This document shows, piece by piece, positions 13,401 through 24,465 of a stretch of DNA of 64,000 bases. Made by a program: the position numbers and the translations under genes. How positions within the stretch are numbered: position 1 is the first letter of the stretch; the number at the start of each line of letters is the position of its first letter. The stretch covers positions 1 through 64,000 of the forward strand of contig NIVC01001689.1 of NCBI GenBank assembly GCA_002269645.1, written 5' to 3'. The notes under the pieces are model-generated. The model did no database searches. It was given only the letters and a program-made list of their open reading frames with translations, and was not told the DNA's origin. This stretch comes from Macrostomum lignano (taxonomy: Eukaryota).

Positions 13401-14622
13401 AGTGCTATGAAGACTTAGTTAGGTAAAGTTGAAATCTATTAATGATGCTACATGTAGTTTTGATCGAAATTATAAAATGTGACAAGTCTACATGTATTTT
13501 AGTTAGTATTGATTTTTTGTATCACACGCAACCGACGATCATGTTTTGTTTCATAAAACTGCCTAGGAAATGAAGTGTGTATTATTTGATGAGCTAAAAT
13601 GATTGGACCATAATCTATAAGATTTTATTATAAGCGCATTTGGGGCATTAGTTTAAAATTTTGATGTGGATGAGACATAGTAGCAAGCGACATGAAGTTT
13701 AATCAATCATTGAGTAATTTCGAAAACCATTTTTTTGAATTAAAACACCAGGTCAGCTTAACAAAATGAATAATACCTTGTTTTTAAAGGTAAGTAAGTA
13801 AGTACTGCAAAGACAAAGCACTCACTGCTAAATTAAAAGGGCTCAATTTCTATATTCTTGTGTCCAATTCCAATGTATAATATGGGCACCAAAAAGCAAG
13901 CTGGGGCACCGAAAAGCGTGGATACTGTTTATGCCAATATATTTATTGCCAAAGTTGGGGTGGGTTCACAGTATTTCACAGTAGGGCTAAAATAAAAAAT
14001 AGTTAATAAAAGGCAAAAGAACTTACCCAAATGATACATAATTTAATGTTAGTATATTTTTGTTCCATACTTTGCAAAAATTTGAAGTTTGTTTATCATC
14101 ATGTAAGTTATTACATTTTGTGTACTGATAAAGCTGCTGATTGCAAATTGTATTTATAGCCAAGCTATTGCCATTGGCATTATAATTTAATAGGCCTATC
14201 CTTTTAACATTCATACTTTTACATATATCATTTGTAGACATATAGCATTTTGAATATTCTAAAGGCAAATTTATAGTACAGCATAGTGGTCTATTAATAA
14301 GGTGATGAAACTGCTGTTTCACATCTTCAAAACATGACTCATTTCTTTTCAAGTAAGATCCATTTTCAATCATTACACAAGAATATAACTGGTGAAACAT
14401 AATTGAAACATGCACATTACTATTCCATGCTTTGATCATATCGGATGAAATTAGATTTTGTTGACAATATGAATAGTCATTCTTAGGTTCAAAAGATTCC
14501 ATTGAAACCGGAAAATCCATAATATGAGGCGTATAAACACAACTTGATGAAGTTTGACACAAACATTCTTCACACACAAAGTACAGAATGCTAGTTATGA
14601 GAATAATTTTCGTTGAATACAT
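6928..14622 (-). CDS. TGF-beta/activin superfamily type I receptor Ser/Thr kinase (ALK4/5/7-Baboon-like L45 loop), 5 exons, 699 aa
   Basis: Exons 14622-14027, 11239-10588, 9750-9535, 8512-8274 and 7324-6928. All introns are GT-AG and phase-compatible (2100 nt total). Signal peptide, Cys-box [11 protein letters not shown] helix, GS-like [62 protein letters not shown]. Exons 2-5 are secure; joining exon 1 rests on splice phase and Cys spacing. Confidence 0.9.
7395..8225. repeat. 30-bp minisatellite (60-bp dimer) filling receptor intron 4
   Basis: TTAAAATCCCACAATGTAACTCAATGGGGA units. Confidence 0.95.
8545..9450. repeat. 48-bp minisatellite filling receptor intron 3
   Basis: GAGATTATCACTGACACAGATAATCTCACACCTGTACCGATAGAGTCT units. 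Confidence 0.95.
9790..10545. repeat. (GTCT)n microsatellite with GTTTTAAT interruptions filling receptor intron 2
   Basis: Direct periodicity. Confidence 0.95.
11240..11410. repeat. 45-bp tandem repeat x4 at the 3' end of receptor intron 1
   Basis: Units start at 11240, 11285, 11330 and 11375. Confidence 0.9.
12220..12865. mobile_element. Old foldback/MITE-like element with TTTTGGTGACAAG subterminal repeats
   Basis: TTTTGGTGACAAG...GTCATTT motifs near 12240-12270 are inverted relative to AAAATGACTTGTCACCAAAA near 12830-12855; no TSD resolved. Confidence 0.45.
13112..13920. mobile_element. Foldback/MITE-like element with TTTCGGTGCC subterminal repeats
   Basis: TTTCGGTGCC repeated at 13125-13190; inverted GGGGCACCGAAAAG at about 13902-13916. 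Confidence 0.5.
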
Positions 14623-15799
14623 AGGTACTAATTATATTATATTATAAATTAAACACATAAATAATAGGATAGGATATAAATGGATATCGGAATGATGTAA
14701 AGCCTCAACCACTCGCTGCACCTGCCTATGTGTTCCCTTTAGAAAGTGTTATTCTAAGAAACAAAGCAAGTTAAAATGTTAAAAATAAAACAAAATACTT
14801 TTATATAAGAAGTTCTAAAAAGTTCTTAATTCTAAGGATATTTATTTACTTACAGAAAAATTATCTTTTAAATTGATTTATGAGTATAATTCATTTTTAA
14901 TTTAGCTTTTTATGGCAATATTTTCATTTTTAACTCAATAATTTATTGGAAATGTTTTAAACAGTGCTCACTGCTCACTCTATTGAATTAGAAACAGCGA
15001 ATTTAGTAAAAAAACACGATATCGTGCCTTTATAACGTGCTTACTTCAAAATGCTTCTGTTATTGAATTTTGATTTTACACAATAATATTTTATTTTCCT
15101 AGCTGTAGGCTCACTAGAGGCTGTAGCGTGTAGTTCAAGATCATGGCATCATGCAAAAAAGTATTTTTTCTGTTCTGTGGTGACCAGGATGGAATTCTTG
15201 TATTTCTTAAGTCAAACGGAATTATGCAATTTTTTTATGGCACGCAAAATATTTTTATTGGTCGCATTTTTTATTTTGGTACTTAGCACGTCGCAAAATG
15301 GTAAGAACAAGTTTTTTAATGGCTTAGCTAAAATTCTAAAAAGTAATCAATAAGACAATAATGAAAAATTCATTCTAAGAAAATGTAGTGATTTGAATTT
15401 TTGTCCAAATACATATGTTAGAGAATGTTACGAGTTTCTACTTTTTATAGAATTTTTTCGAATTTTTACTTTTGTGCCTTATTTAGTTTTTACTTTTTAT
15501 TTTTTTTTCCTTTGTGATCTTAGCTAGTAGGATTATCTTTTGCAAAATCCAATATCTCAAGCGCACTTTTGCATATATTAAGAATAAGCAATTTTGTCTG
15601 AAATTCTGCGACACATTTTTTTCCGGATTTTTTGATGCAAAATCGTATTTTTTCGCGCAATTGCATAACGCGTTGTGATTTTTCTGCAAGAATTACATCC
15701 AGGTGTGGTGAGGAGATAAATATTGTGGCAATCAATGCCGCGTTGGCCTATATGTCTTGTCTAATCTTGTTAAATGGTCTTGTGACGTTGTCAGTTTAA

Positions 15800-15821
15800 G
15801 GTGGTCCCGAAAAGGGCCGTT
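15800..15821 (-). other. Second, more degenerate histone-type stem-loop (AAC GGCCCT TTTC GGGACC ACC) on the minus strand of the solo LTR
   Basis: Reverse complement of 15800-15821; same flanks as the + copy; one stem mismatch and one wobble pair. Confidence 0.55.
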
Positions 15822-16534
15822 GGACTGCTGTTCTCCATAGTCATTCAACCCTTCAGTTTCATCGTTTCAACTAAACTTTTCCATTCGTTTATTGCGACGT
15901 TTACTTGTAGTAGTGCCCAACGATTTTGTGGCAATTTCTAATTCACTGTATATTTTGCTATCCTCTCTCGCGACCGTATAAAATTGGCACGATCGATAAT
16001 TTTAAGTTCTCTCGCCAGCCAATGAAATCACTCGTGCTCGCGCTACCCCCCTCTGCGCTCTTTTATTAAACCCCCCCCGCCTGGTGGCGGCACTCCTCAC
16101 TTGTTCCTTGTTTCCTTCCCTGCTGCCTCTTAGCTGTCTTATCTGTTCGTCTGGCTGCCTCGAGCCTCCTTATTTCTCACCGTGGCCCTTCTGTCTGGGC
16201 CAGCCTGCTCACACACTTACTTGACTGTCTCACGCCACGACCGACGCCAAACTCGCCACTACGTTTCACTGCCTTCACTGTGCTCATAGCCACTGCTCAC
16301 GTCACGTCGCCATTGTGTCATTCGCCTGCCACTTGACTTCATATCCAAATTATATTCAACCCATTGTTGCAGCCGCCAGTGCCCAGAAAGCTATAGTCTG
16401 TTTATTGCCAGTAACAACCAAACTTAATACTGATATTAACAATAAAGACAACTACGGCAGTTCCTGCCTTTATCGCCAAGTGCTCCGCTACAAAATCCGC
16501 TTTACAAGAATTGACTTCAACTTATTTTGGGACT

Positions 16535-16558
16535 AAAACGGCCCTTTTAAGGGTCACC
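16535..16558 (+). other. Histone-mRNA-type 3' stem-loop motif (AAAAC GGCCCT TTTA AGGGTC ACC) inside the solo LTR
   Basis: Matches the metazoan consensus GGYYYU-UUUH-ARRRCC-ACC with one G-U pair. Confidence 0.65.
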
Positions 16559-17559
16559 GCATAGCTGGCCGCTACGCCAATAACGTGACAGTCTATAACT
16601 TGCCGTTTTTGTGCAATGGCAGGCCAACCTAGCCAATCTAACTAGTATAAATTCAGTGTTGGGCACAAATTCACAATTCCAATACTCCCATAGGCTTCCA
16701 GACAATCCGACCACAATCAAATCAGCGACGGACAATCTGGCGACAGATCTTGTATTGTCTTGATTTTACAGATTTTAGATACAAACAAAACTTTACAGGA
16801 ATGGTAGTTTTTAATTTTACATGTAGTAGTAGTAGTAGTAAGTTTGGCTCAGGCAAGAAGCCTATATGGCCAATATTTCAATGTATTTAATTGTAATTCA
16901 AGAGTAGAAAGAAATATTTATGCATAAGTACAAGTTTTGCAATAATATAGTATTTGAAAGAGCACCCAAATTTTTTCTACGAAACTTCAAACAATCTTTA
17001 ACAACTAATAAAGCAAAATTTTTTTAAGTAAAGAATTAAAAAACAAGCATTGTATGAACTTGATGTATAGCAATTTGATTGATCCCATAGGTGATATATA
17101 TAAATAAGTTGGCGTCACTAGGAGAGCGAATAGATGCTAGCAGGAAAATAGGATTTCAATACTAATCTCTAGCTTAAGCCAAAAAAAGTTTTACAATGTT
17201 AAAACGAAATGCATATAGATATTGATCAGACAATAACAAAAATCAAATGTAAGGATTATTGGCAATTATTAGGCATTGAAGATAAAAGATATTTTTTAAA
17301 GCAAATATAAGAGAAAATGATAAAAATAGAGCACTTTAAACAAGTTTTAGGTAGGCATTAAATGTTTGCAATTAGAAAATTTATGGTACAAATGAACACA
17401 TAATGGAGAAATTTCACTGGTATTTTTTAAACAAAGAGAAGCAGGAACTTAATTGCAAGGAGGTATATTTTATATTGTATCTCTTATCTTGTATCATTTT
17501 TATCATACATAGTTTTGGGTATTTAAAATAGGTCCTTCAAGATGAAGCAGTGATAGAAA

Positions 17560-18080
17560 TTTATGGTATGAAATCTGCAAAAAGATTTTCAAGTCAATCA
17601 ATATCAGATAGGAAACTATAAATCTTTTGAATTGCATTGAGGTCTTTTTTGATTTGGTGATTTTGTTTTTGTTGTTGTTATAGCCAATTTTGTAAAAGTG
17701 TTTTGGTTTTAGGCTCTCTAGACCAAAGTATTTTTTTCTAATCTCAATCAAATTGGAACACTCAGCAACAAAGTGTAGTATGTCATTTCCAGCTTTTTTA
17801 CCACACAACCTATATGATTCCTATACAAAAATTCTAGGTAAGAATTCATACTTTAACTTTAACATGGTTGTTAGAAACTTTTTGATTCTAAAGACACTGG
17901 GGAAGTAAGTTTGCAACTTGGGTCTGCAAGTCCTTTTATATTTAAGGGTATGCTTGAAATATTTTGAACAACTTTGATCCTTTAATTTCATCCCTAGCTC
18001 TTTTTCCCAATTTAGTTTTAGCTCTCTTTTTAGGATTGATTTATCTTTACTAAAACTTTGGCTAGGCCTAGGGTTCACTA
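17560..18080 (-). pseudogene. Decayed non-LTR retrotransposon ORF2 3' end
   Basis: Broken frame ...RLCGKKAGNDILHFVAECSNLIEIRKKY resembles the C-terminal CxxC...H...C motif of L2/CR1-group LINEs; an in-frame stop lies upstream. Confidence 0.5.
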
Positions 18081-19684
18081 AGGTAATGTATTCTAGGTTT
18101 ATACTTTGTAGCTTTTTTATGACTTTTGCTCATGTAGAGAATACATATAGAGAATTCACTTTAAGATGACAAATATCTTTTCTAATAAAAATTGTACATT
18201 ATGTCTATACTTCTGACAGTTTAGGATGTCATATCAAATGCATTTTAATGTAATAATGTATTTGCATATGATAAAACTAGTGTGTAGCCTTTAGTGAAAA
18301 TATAAAAGAATGCATTGATTTGATGCAGTTTCCCATTTTTAAAGCAATATGTATTATCATTATAAGAAAACAAGCTGTTGATAGTTGATCAAAATCCATG
18401 CATTTTGAACCCACTAAATTTCAATTCTCAGAACTATTTTTGCATATTCTAATAAAAAATAGTTAATAATAATAATAGCAAATATAATTATAACAATCAA
18501 AGCTCTTTTAATCTGTTTAAATAACAGTATCTATTTTACATATAATAGCTTTTTACTACAAATTGTTGCTAGATTGACTGGCACCATTTTGACTGTCGCT
18601 AGATTGTTTAATGCTGGATTGTCTTGTTGCTGGATACTGGATTGATTGGATACCTTCCTATATTACTAGCAATACCTTTTTTGGGTATCAGAATATCAGA
18701 AGACTATACTTTTTATAGTATTAGACTTTGGTAACTTTCAATACAACTTGTAAATTTTCCCAATAGTCCGATACTTTGAGCATGCAAACAATCAAAATTT
18801 CTTTGAAACAAATGAAATAAGGGCATATTTTTCATGTAAAGAAATGAATAATGATAAGTACTTCATTTTTTTGTCAATTACATTGACCAAAATAACAATA
18901 TTAGGGTAAAATAACAATTTTTTTACTTAAAACAAGTTTTTTTCTTTTTAAAATAGCCTCCACCATATATTCAAGTACCTGTTTATTGGTTAGTAATTAG
19001 TAATTATTGTTAAAATTATAATATTCAATTATTTATTTATCAATAATAAATGTACTAAATGTATCAACAATAACAATTATCATGCCCAATGCCACAAATT
19101 CTACCACATTTTCATTGTTAGTCACTGATTGGCAATTGATTTTATAATCTATAATGGTAGATATACTAGTATTACACTATAATAACATAAGAAATTAAGA
19201 GAACAATGTATAAGCAGTTAGCAATAAATAAGTAAATCTATTATTTTTGGTATATACATTGTACATATATTGGGCAAGGCCAAGTTAAGTAAAGGGAGGA
19301 GAAAGTGATGTAATTTGCATGTAAGTTTATATGTAAATGCATAGAGAATGGCAAAGCCAAGTATTGTTCAATCAGAGGTAAGGCTTTAAAGTTTGTACCT
19401 GGGCTTAGAGCAGTTGGTCTGGCTGGCTAACTAAGTACACAATAAGTACACAATAAGTCCAACCAAAGGCTGAGAGGTTGAGTATGCAAGTGTAGCAATC
19501 ATTTGACATCTGTTTGTTTTTGATTTGTTGATTTGATTTTATTTGTTTTATTGATGGTTTCTTCATTTAAAACAATGCTAAGCTTGCTTTCTTTCTTTGC
19601 CTAGAAATTTAGGAGAAGGTCTAAGAAGCTTAAATTATGCATTATATTTATTAGACATTGCTTTTTGCAAAAACTGGGTATTGG

Positions 19685-19978
19685 AATAATAATAATAATT
19701 GATTACACCTGCCCAATGGGCAGATGTGCAACCGACAGCTCAGCCACAGCTATTGCGCGGCGCATCTGAAGGCTGCGTACGGCTGTTTAGTCCAAGGACT
19801 GGGGGGTCGCCACACACACCCTCAATTACCCCAGCTAATGCTGGTACCCATTTTACAGCTGGGTAAACTGAAGCAACGCAGAGTTAAATGTCTTGCTCAA
19901 GGACACAAATTGTTGCAGAGGGATCGGGAATCGAACCCCCAACCGTCGTGAGTCCGACGCCCTAACCACTAGGCTACA
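19685..19978 (-). mobile_element. tRNA-derived CORE-type SINE
   Basis: Minus strand: A box TAGCCTAGTGG, B box GGTTCGATTCC, central GTGTCCTTGAGCAAGACATTTAAC...CTGTAAAATGGGTACC resembling the CORE domain, and an (ATT)n tail. Confidence 0.8.
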
Positions 19979-21378
19979 ACCCCTTGGAATATACTGTATT
20001 GGAATAAAGTATCATTATTAAGGTATCAACAATACTCAAATTTGGGTATTGGACTTTAAGGTATTGGTGATACTTTTTATAGAAAAGGTATTGGGGTATG
20101 GTTTTCATCAATACTTTTTTGAGTATCATGCCCAACACTGTATATATTGTGGTAAAGTCAATGTAAGTTTGCAAAATTGATGGCTATTTTGTTTTTTTTT
20201 TTTTTTTTTGACAAAATTTAGCAATAATTAAATAGATATTGTTTTTGTTTTTTTTGGGTAAGTCATAGCTAGTATAATTTCAATAGTTGTACATATATTT
20301 GTATATTCATTATATATTTCATTTTTGTTTTAAACAAATTAGGAATTTGAAGCCATTATTAGAGTTAGGCTCTAGATAATATACATGTACACCAGAATTT
20401 TCCAGCATACAAAGGGATCTGCTATACACTATTGGCATACAAATTGGCATATAGAGGGGCCTAGCATACCCCTTGGTGTACAGATTGGCATACAAAGATT
20501 TGCCAAGATAGCAAGAGAACCAAAGTTCCAAGTCCCAATCAATATACAGTACTTAGTCAGCATACAAAAATGATTAAGTTCAACTTTGGTATAGTCTCTA
20601 TATACAGCTATATTTTAATCAAAAAGAGTAGCTCCCAGACCTTACAAAATAAATTTTAATTATTAAAATTTTGTGATCCTTAAGTATTGGTTGTAATTTT
20701 TAATTTTTGTTTTGGTATGTTTTTGTTTGAAATTAAAGTCTGTTGGTATTTGAGCCAGGGAAGCAATTTTTATTCTAGCATATACCAGTACATGATCCTG
20801 ACCCTGGCATTAGAAGACTTTGTTTTTATTCTTTTTTATTTACAATCTTTTCTCATTGACTTGCACTTAGTAAAATTTATTATTAAATGAATCTATTAAC
20901 AATCCATAGCTAAGAATAGGCCTCTAATATCTGACTGTTTTTCATTCCCTTATTCTTAAGCAGAGACTACCCATAGGGGCAATTATAGATATATTAGGCA
21001 TAGAGAAAATTATTTCCATTGATTCTGTTAACTAATTTGATTAACCCAAAATTAAATACAATCCAAAATAAACCAACTTGAATTTGGATTTCAAATTGTG
21101 TTATAGACCTCATTTTAAATGTTCCTTCAAGATACTAAGTCATGATATAATATAAAATGGTTTCTAAAAATAAAAGTTGTTAGATAAAAATTTTGCTATG
21201 CCTTTGGTTTACATTTTTCTTGGTCATTGGTCATTACAATATTCAATCATGTGTTTCGAGGTTGAAGAAGGCCCTATGTATTTGTAAAAAAATGAACATC
21301 TATTAAAGCTATGCTATTTGTAAGCCTTCAAACATGAATCACACTTTTATTGAATGCTTATAACATTTCAGAGCAGCC

Positions 21379-23918
21379 ATGACACAAGGCAGCTACACAC
21401 TGGCAGGTGCTGTAGATAGCAGTGACAAACAGCAGGAGGAACTGCTTGAGATCGATCTAATTCGACATCCTGGAAAGCCACTGGGCATTGAGTTCCTGTT
21501 TGGCCATCTGAGCCTACCGCGTGGTCCCACCAGCGGCCTCTTTGTACGACGGGTTGACAAGCAGACCGCTGGAAGTGACAGCGGAGATGCCAGCTTGCTT
21601 GAGGAGGGCGACTTTGTCCTGTCCGCTAATGGCCAGGTAAGTAAAATTTGTCTGCATTGCCTCGTTTGTAGGCTGCACACTCAGCATGCCTACCTAAAAT
21701 TAGGGAATTAGGGAGGGCAGCACACAGCCACCTGAAGAATTAGGGAGGGCAGCTCAGCCACCTGAAGAATCAGGGAGGGCAGCTCAGCCACCTGAAGAAT
21801 CAGGGAGGGCAGCTCAGCCACCTGAAGAATCAGGGAGGGCAGCTCAGCCACCTGAAGAATTAGGGAGGGCAGCTCAGCCACCTGAAGAATCAGGGAGGGC
21901 AGCTCAGCCACCTGAAGACTCAGGGAGGGCAGCACACAGCCACCTGAAGAATCAGGGAGGGCAGCACACAGCCACCTGAAGAATCAGGGAGGGCAGCACA
22001 GCCACCTGAACAATCAGGGAGGGGAGCACACAGCCACCTGAAGAATCAGGGAGGGCAGCACAGCCACCTGAACAATCAGGGAGGGCAGCACACAGCCACC
22101 TGAACAATCAGGGAGGGCAGCACACAGCCACCTGAAGAATCAGGGAGAGCAGCACAGCCACCTGAACAATCAGGGAGGGCAGCACAGCCACCTGAACAAT
22201 CAGGGAGGGCAGCACACAGTCACCTGAAGACTGCAAGTTCACAGCCGAATTCCCCGGGCAGGAGCTCCGCACAGCCGCGACAGAGGCGGCCGCACTGGAG
22301 GCGATCCGCAAGGCCGGTCGGCAGTGCCGGCTTCGAGTCCTGCGCAGCGACTTTGTCCGCTCCGAGTTTCTCAACTGCCTCGTCCGCTCTCTCAACGGCG
22401 GCGGCGTCATCGGCGGGTCTCGCCGCGGACCTTCAGCAGTTAATGACGACGTCGCGGTGCATCAGCGGCGTCCGCAGCAGCAACGACAGCGCCGAGCAGC
22501 TGCTGAATCAGCTTCGCCGACTCGATCCCCCCACCAGGCGCCGCCGCCGCCGACTCAGCAGCAGCCGCAGTCGATGCCAGCCCTGTCATCGGGTGCCAGA
22601 GTTCCGCTGGCGAAGCTGGAGCTGGCGCTGGCCCGGTTGGGCTACCGGTTCACCGCTGGCGAGCTGGCCGAGCTCAGGAATTCCGTTGGCGGCGGCGGCA
22701 GCGGCAGCGTGCCGTTCGGTCAGTTCGTGGTCGCCGTCAGCGACATCATCGGCAGGCGGCGGGGTGCTGGCAACCAGCTCGAAATTGAGGAGGCTGTGGT
22801 TGTTCGTAAGTCGCTGCGAGACTTTGCCACTTCTTGATATTCTGATATTTTTAAATGTGATTACCATCCTGTCACTCAATCACCATCTGATGCCCCTAAT
22901 TATCACGTAAAATCTTAGAAAATCATCTAACACCATTGATAATCATCTGACACCATTGATAATCATCTGACACCATTGATAATCATCTGACACCATTGAT
23001 AATCATCTGACACCATTGATAATCATCTGACACCATTGATAATCATCTGACACCATTGATAATCATCTGACACCATTGATAATCATCTGACACCATTGAT
23101 AATCATCTGACACCATTGATAATCATCTGACACCATTGATAATCATCTGATCATCGTTAGTTACCTTTACTAACGACTGTCCGCCGCCCGCCTCAGCAGC
23201 CGCAGCAGCGGCCACCTCAGCGGCGGCCCCACCTTCGCAGCGGCACCGTCAATCCGGCGGCTTTGAAGCTCGCGACAAACTGGACGCCGTCGACAGCGGC
23301 GCGGCGAAGCAACGGCCGTTTGTCGCTGCTACGTCGACATCGACTGGCTCGCAGACTGCGCTGACAGGCCCGGCCCAGGACGCTGCAGTCGCCGCCGCAA
23401 AGTCTGAGGCCCGCGAACTTGCCGACCAGTGCGCCGCTCTGCAGCGCCGCCTGGACGACGCTGAGGCAGCCAACGAGCGCGACAGGCGACGTCTGGCGGT
23501 GCTGGCTGGCGAGCTGCGGAAATCCGGCCGGCATAGCAACCGGCTAGCAACGGCGCTGCAGGCTACGCTGGACCTGCTGGGCCGCCTGGCAAACCTCGAC
23601 CAGGCCGAGCGGGCCGAGGCCGACGCCGTTGCCGAGCGGGCCGCTGAGTTGCTAAGCAACGAAGGCGTTGATGGCAACGACGACCTGCCGCCAGGTTGGG
23701 AGCCGGCGCAGCTGCGGCCAGGTGGTGCCGAGGCCGCCGCCGCCGTCTTTGCCAACCATGCCGAAGGTCGGGTAGCTCGGCAGCCGCCGGCAGCCGGAAA
23801 TTCCAAACGGGCCGAACAGGAGGCGGAACCGGAAGTCGACGGGCCGAAGCGGCTGCAGCGCTACCGGATGGACATTCTGGACCGCAACGGCGTGCCGGTC
23901 AGGCAGATCGCGCTGTGA
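21379..23918 (+). CDS. STXBP4: Syntaxin-binding protein 4 (Synip)-like: PDZ, EF-hand-like, coiled coil, degenerate WW
   Basis: Exons 21379-21636, 22262-22805 and 23197-23918, phase-compatible, with GTAAGT donors and a TACTAAC branch point at 23168. The PDZ (KPLGIEF...SANGQ-ELRTAA...AIRKAGRQCRLRVLR), EF-like region, coiled coil and LPPGWE...NH...PP follow the known STXBP4 domain order. Confidence 0.75.
21708..22230. repeat. 30-bp minisatellite in STXBP4-like intron 1
   Basis: CAGGGAGGGCAGCTCAGCCACCTGAAGAAT units. Confidence 0.95.
22920..23152. repeat. 20-bp minisatellite in STXBP4-like intron 2
   Basis: AATCATCTGACACCATTGAT, near-perfect units. Confidence 0.95.
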
Positions 23919-24004
23919 CGGCCTGGCGGCTGCTTTGTGACATCTCAGCTGTGCGGTCTGCCGCGGATTGCTTAGATTGTAATTCAGTAATTGCAGGCTT
24001 TCTT

Positions 24005-24155
24005 AACTGTCTGTCTGCCTGTCTGCCTGTCTGTCTGTCTGTCTGCCTGTCTGTCTGCCTGCCTGTCTGTCTGTCTGTCTGCCTGTCTGTCTCTCTGTCT
24101 GTCTGCCTGCCTGTCTCTCTGTCTGTCTGTCTGTCTCTCTGTCTGTCTGCCTGCC

Positions 24156-24188
<33 letters not shown>

Positions 24189-24335
24189 GTCTGTCTGCCT
24201 GTCTGCCTGTCTGTCTGTCTGTCTGCCTGTCTGTCTGCCTGCCTGTCTGTCTGTCTGTCTGCCTGTCTGTCTCTCTGTCTGTCTGCCTGCCTGTCTCTCT
24301 GTCTGTCTGTCTGTCTCTCTGTCTGTCTGCCTGCC

Positions 24336-24400
<65 letters not shown>

Positions 24401-24465
24401 GCCTGCCTGTCTGTCTGTCTGTCTGTCTGCCTGTCTGTCTGCCTGTCTGTCTGCCTGTCTGTATG
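24005..24465. repeat. (CTGT)n compound microsatellite
   Basis: Direct periodicity. Confidence 0.95.

Larger units (their letters stand above)
15781..16590 (+). mobile_element. Solo LTR (Gypsy-type), 810 bp
   Basis: TG...CA ends with inverted termini TGTGACGTT / AACGTGACA (8/9 match); 4-bp TSD GTCT (15777-15780 and 16591-16594); CCAAT near 16019 and AATAAA at 16441. Orientation inferred from these motifs. Confidence 0.75.

Noticed and set aside
15820-16535. Histone genes between the two stem-loops
   Set aside because: No H2A, H2B, H3, H4 or H1 coding similarity seen on either strand.
19920-19978. Functional tRNA gene
   Set aside because: A and B boxes are present but it runs directly into SINE body sequence, and no convincing cloverleaf could be drawn.
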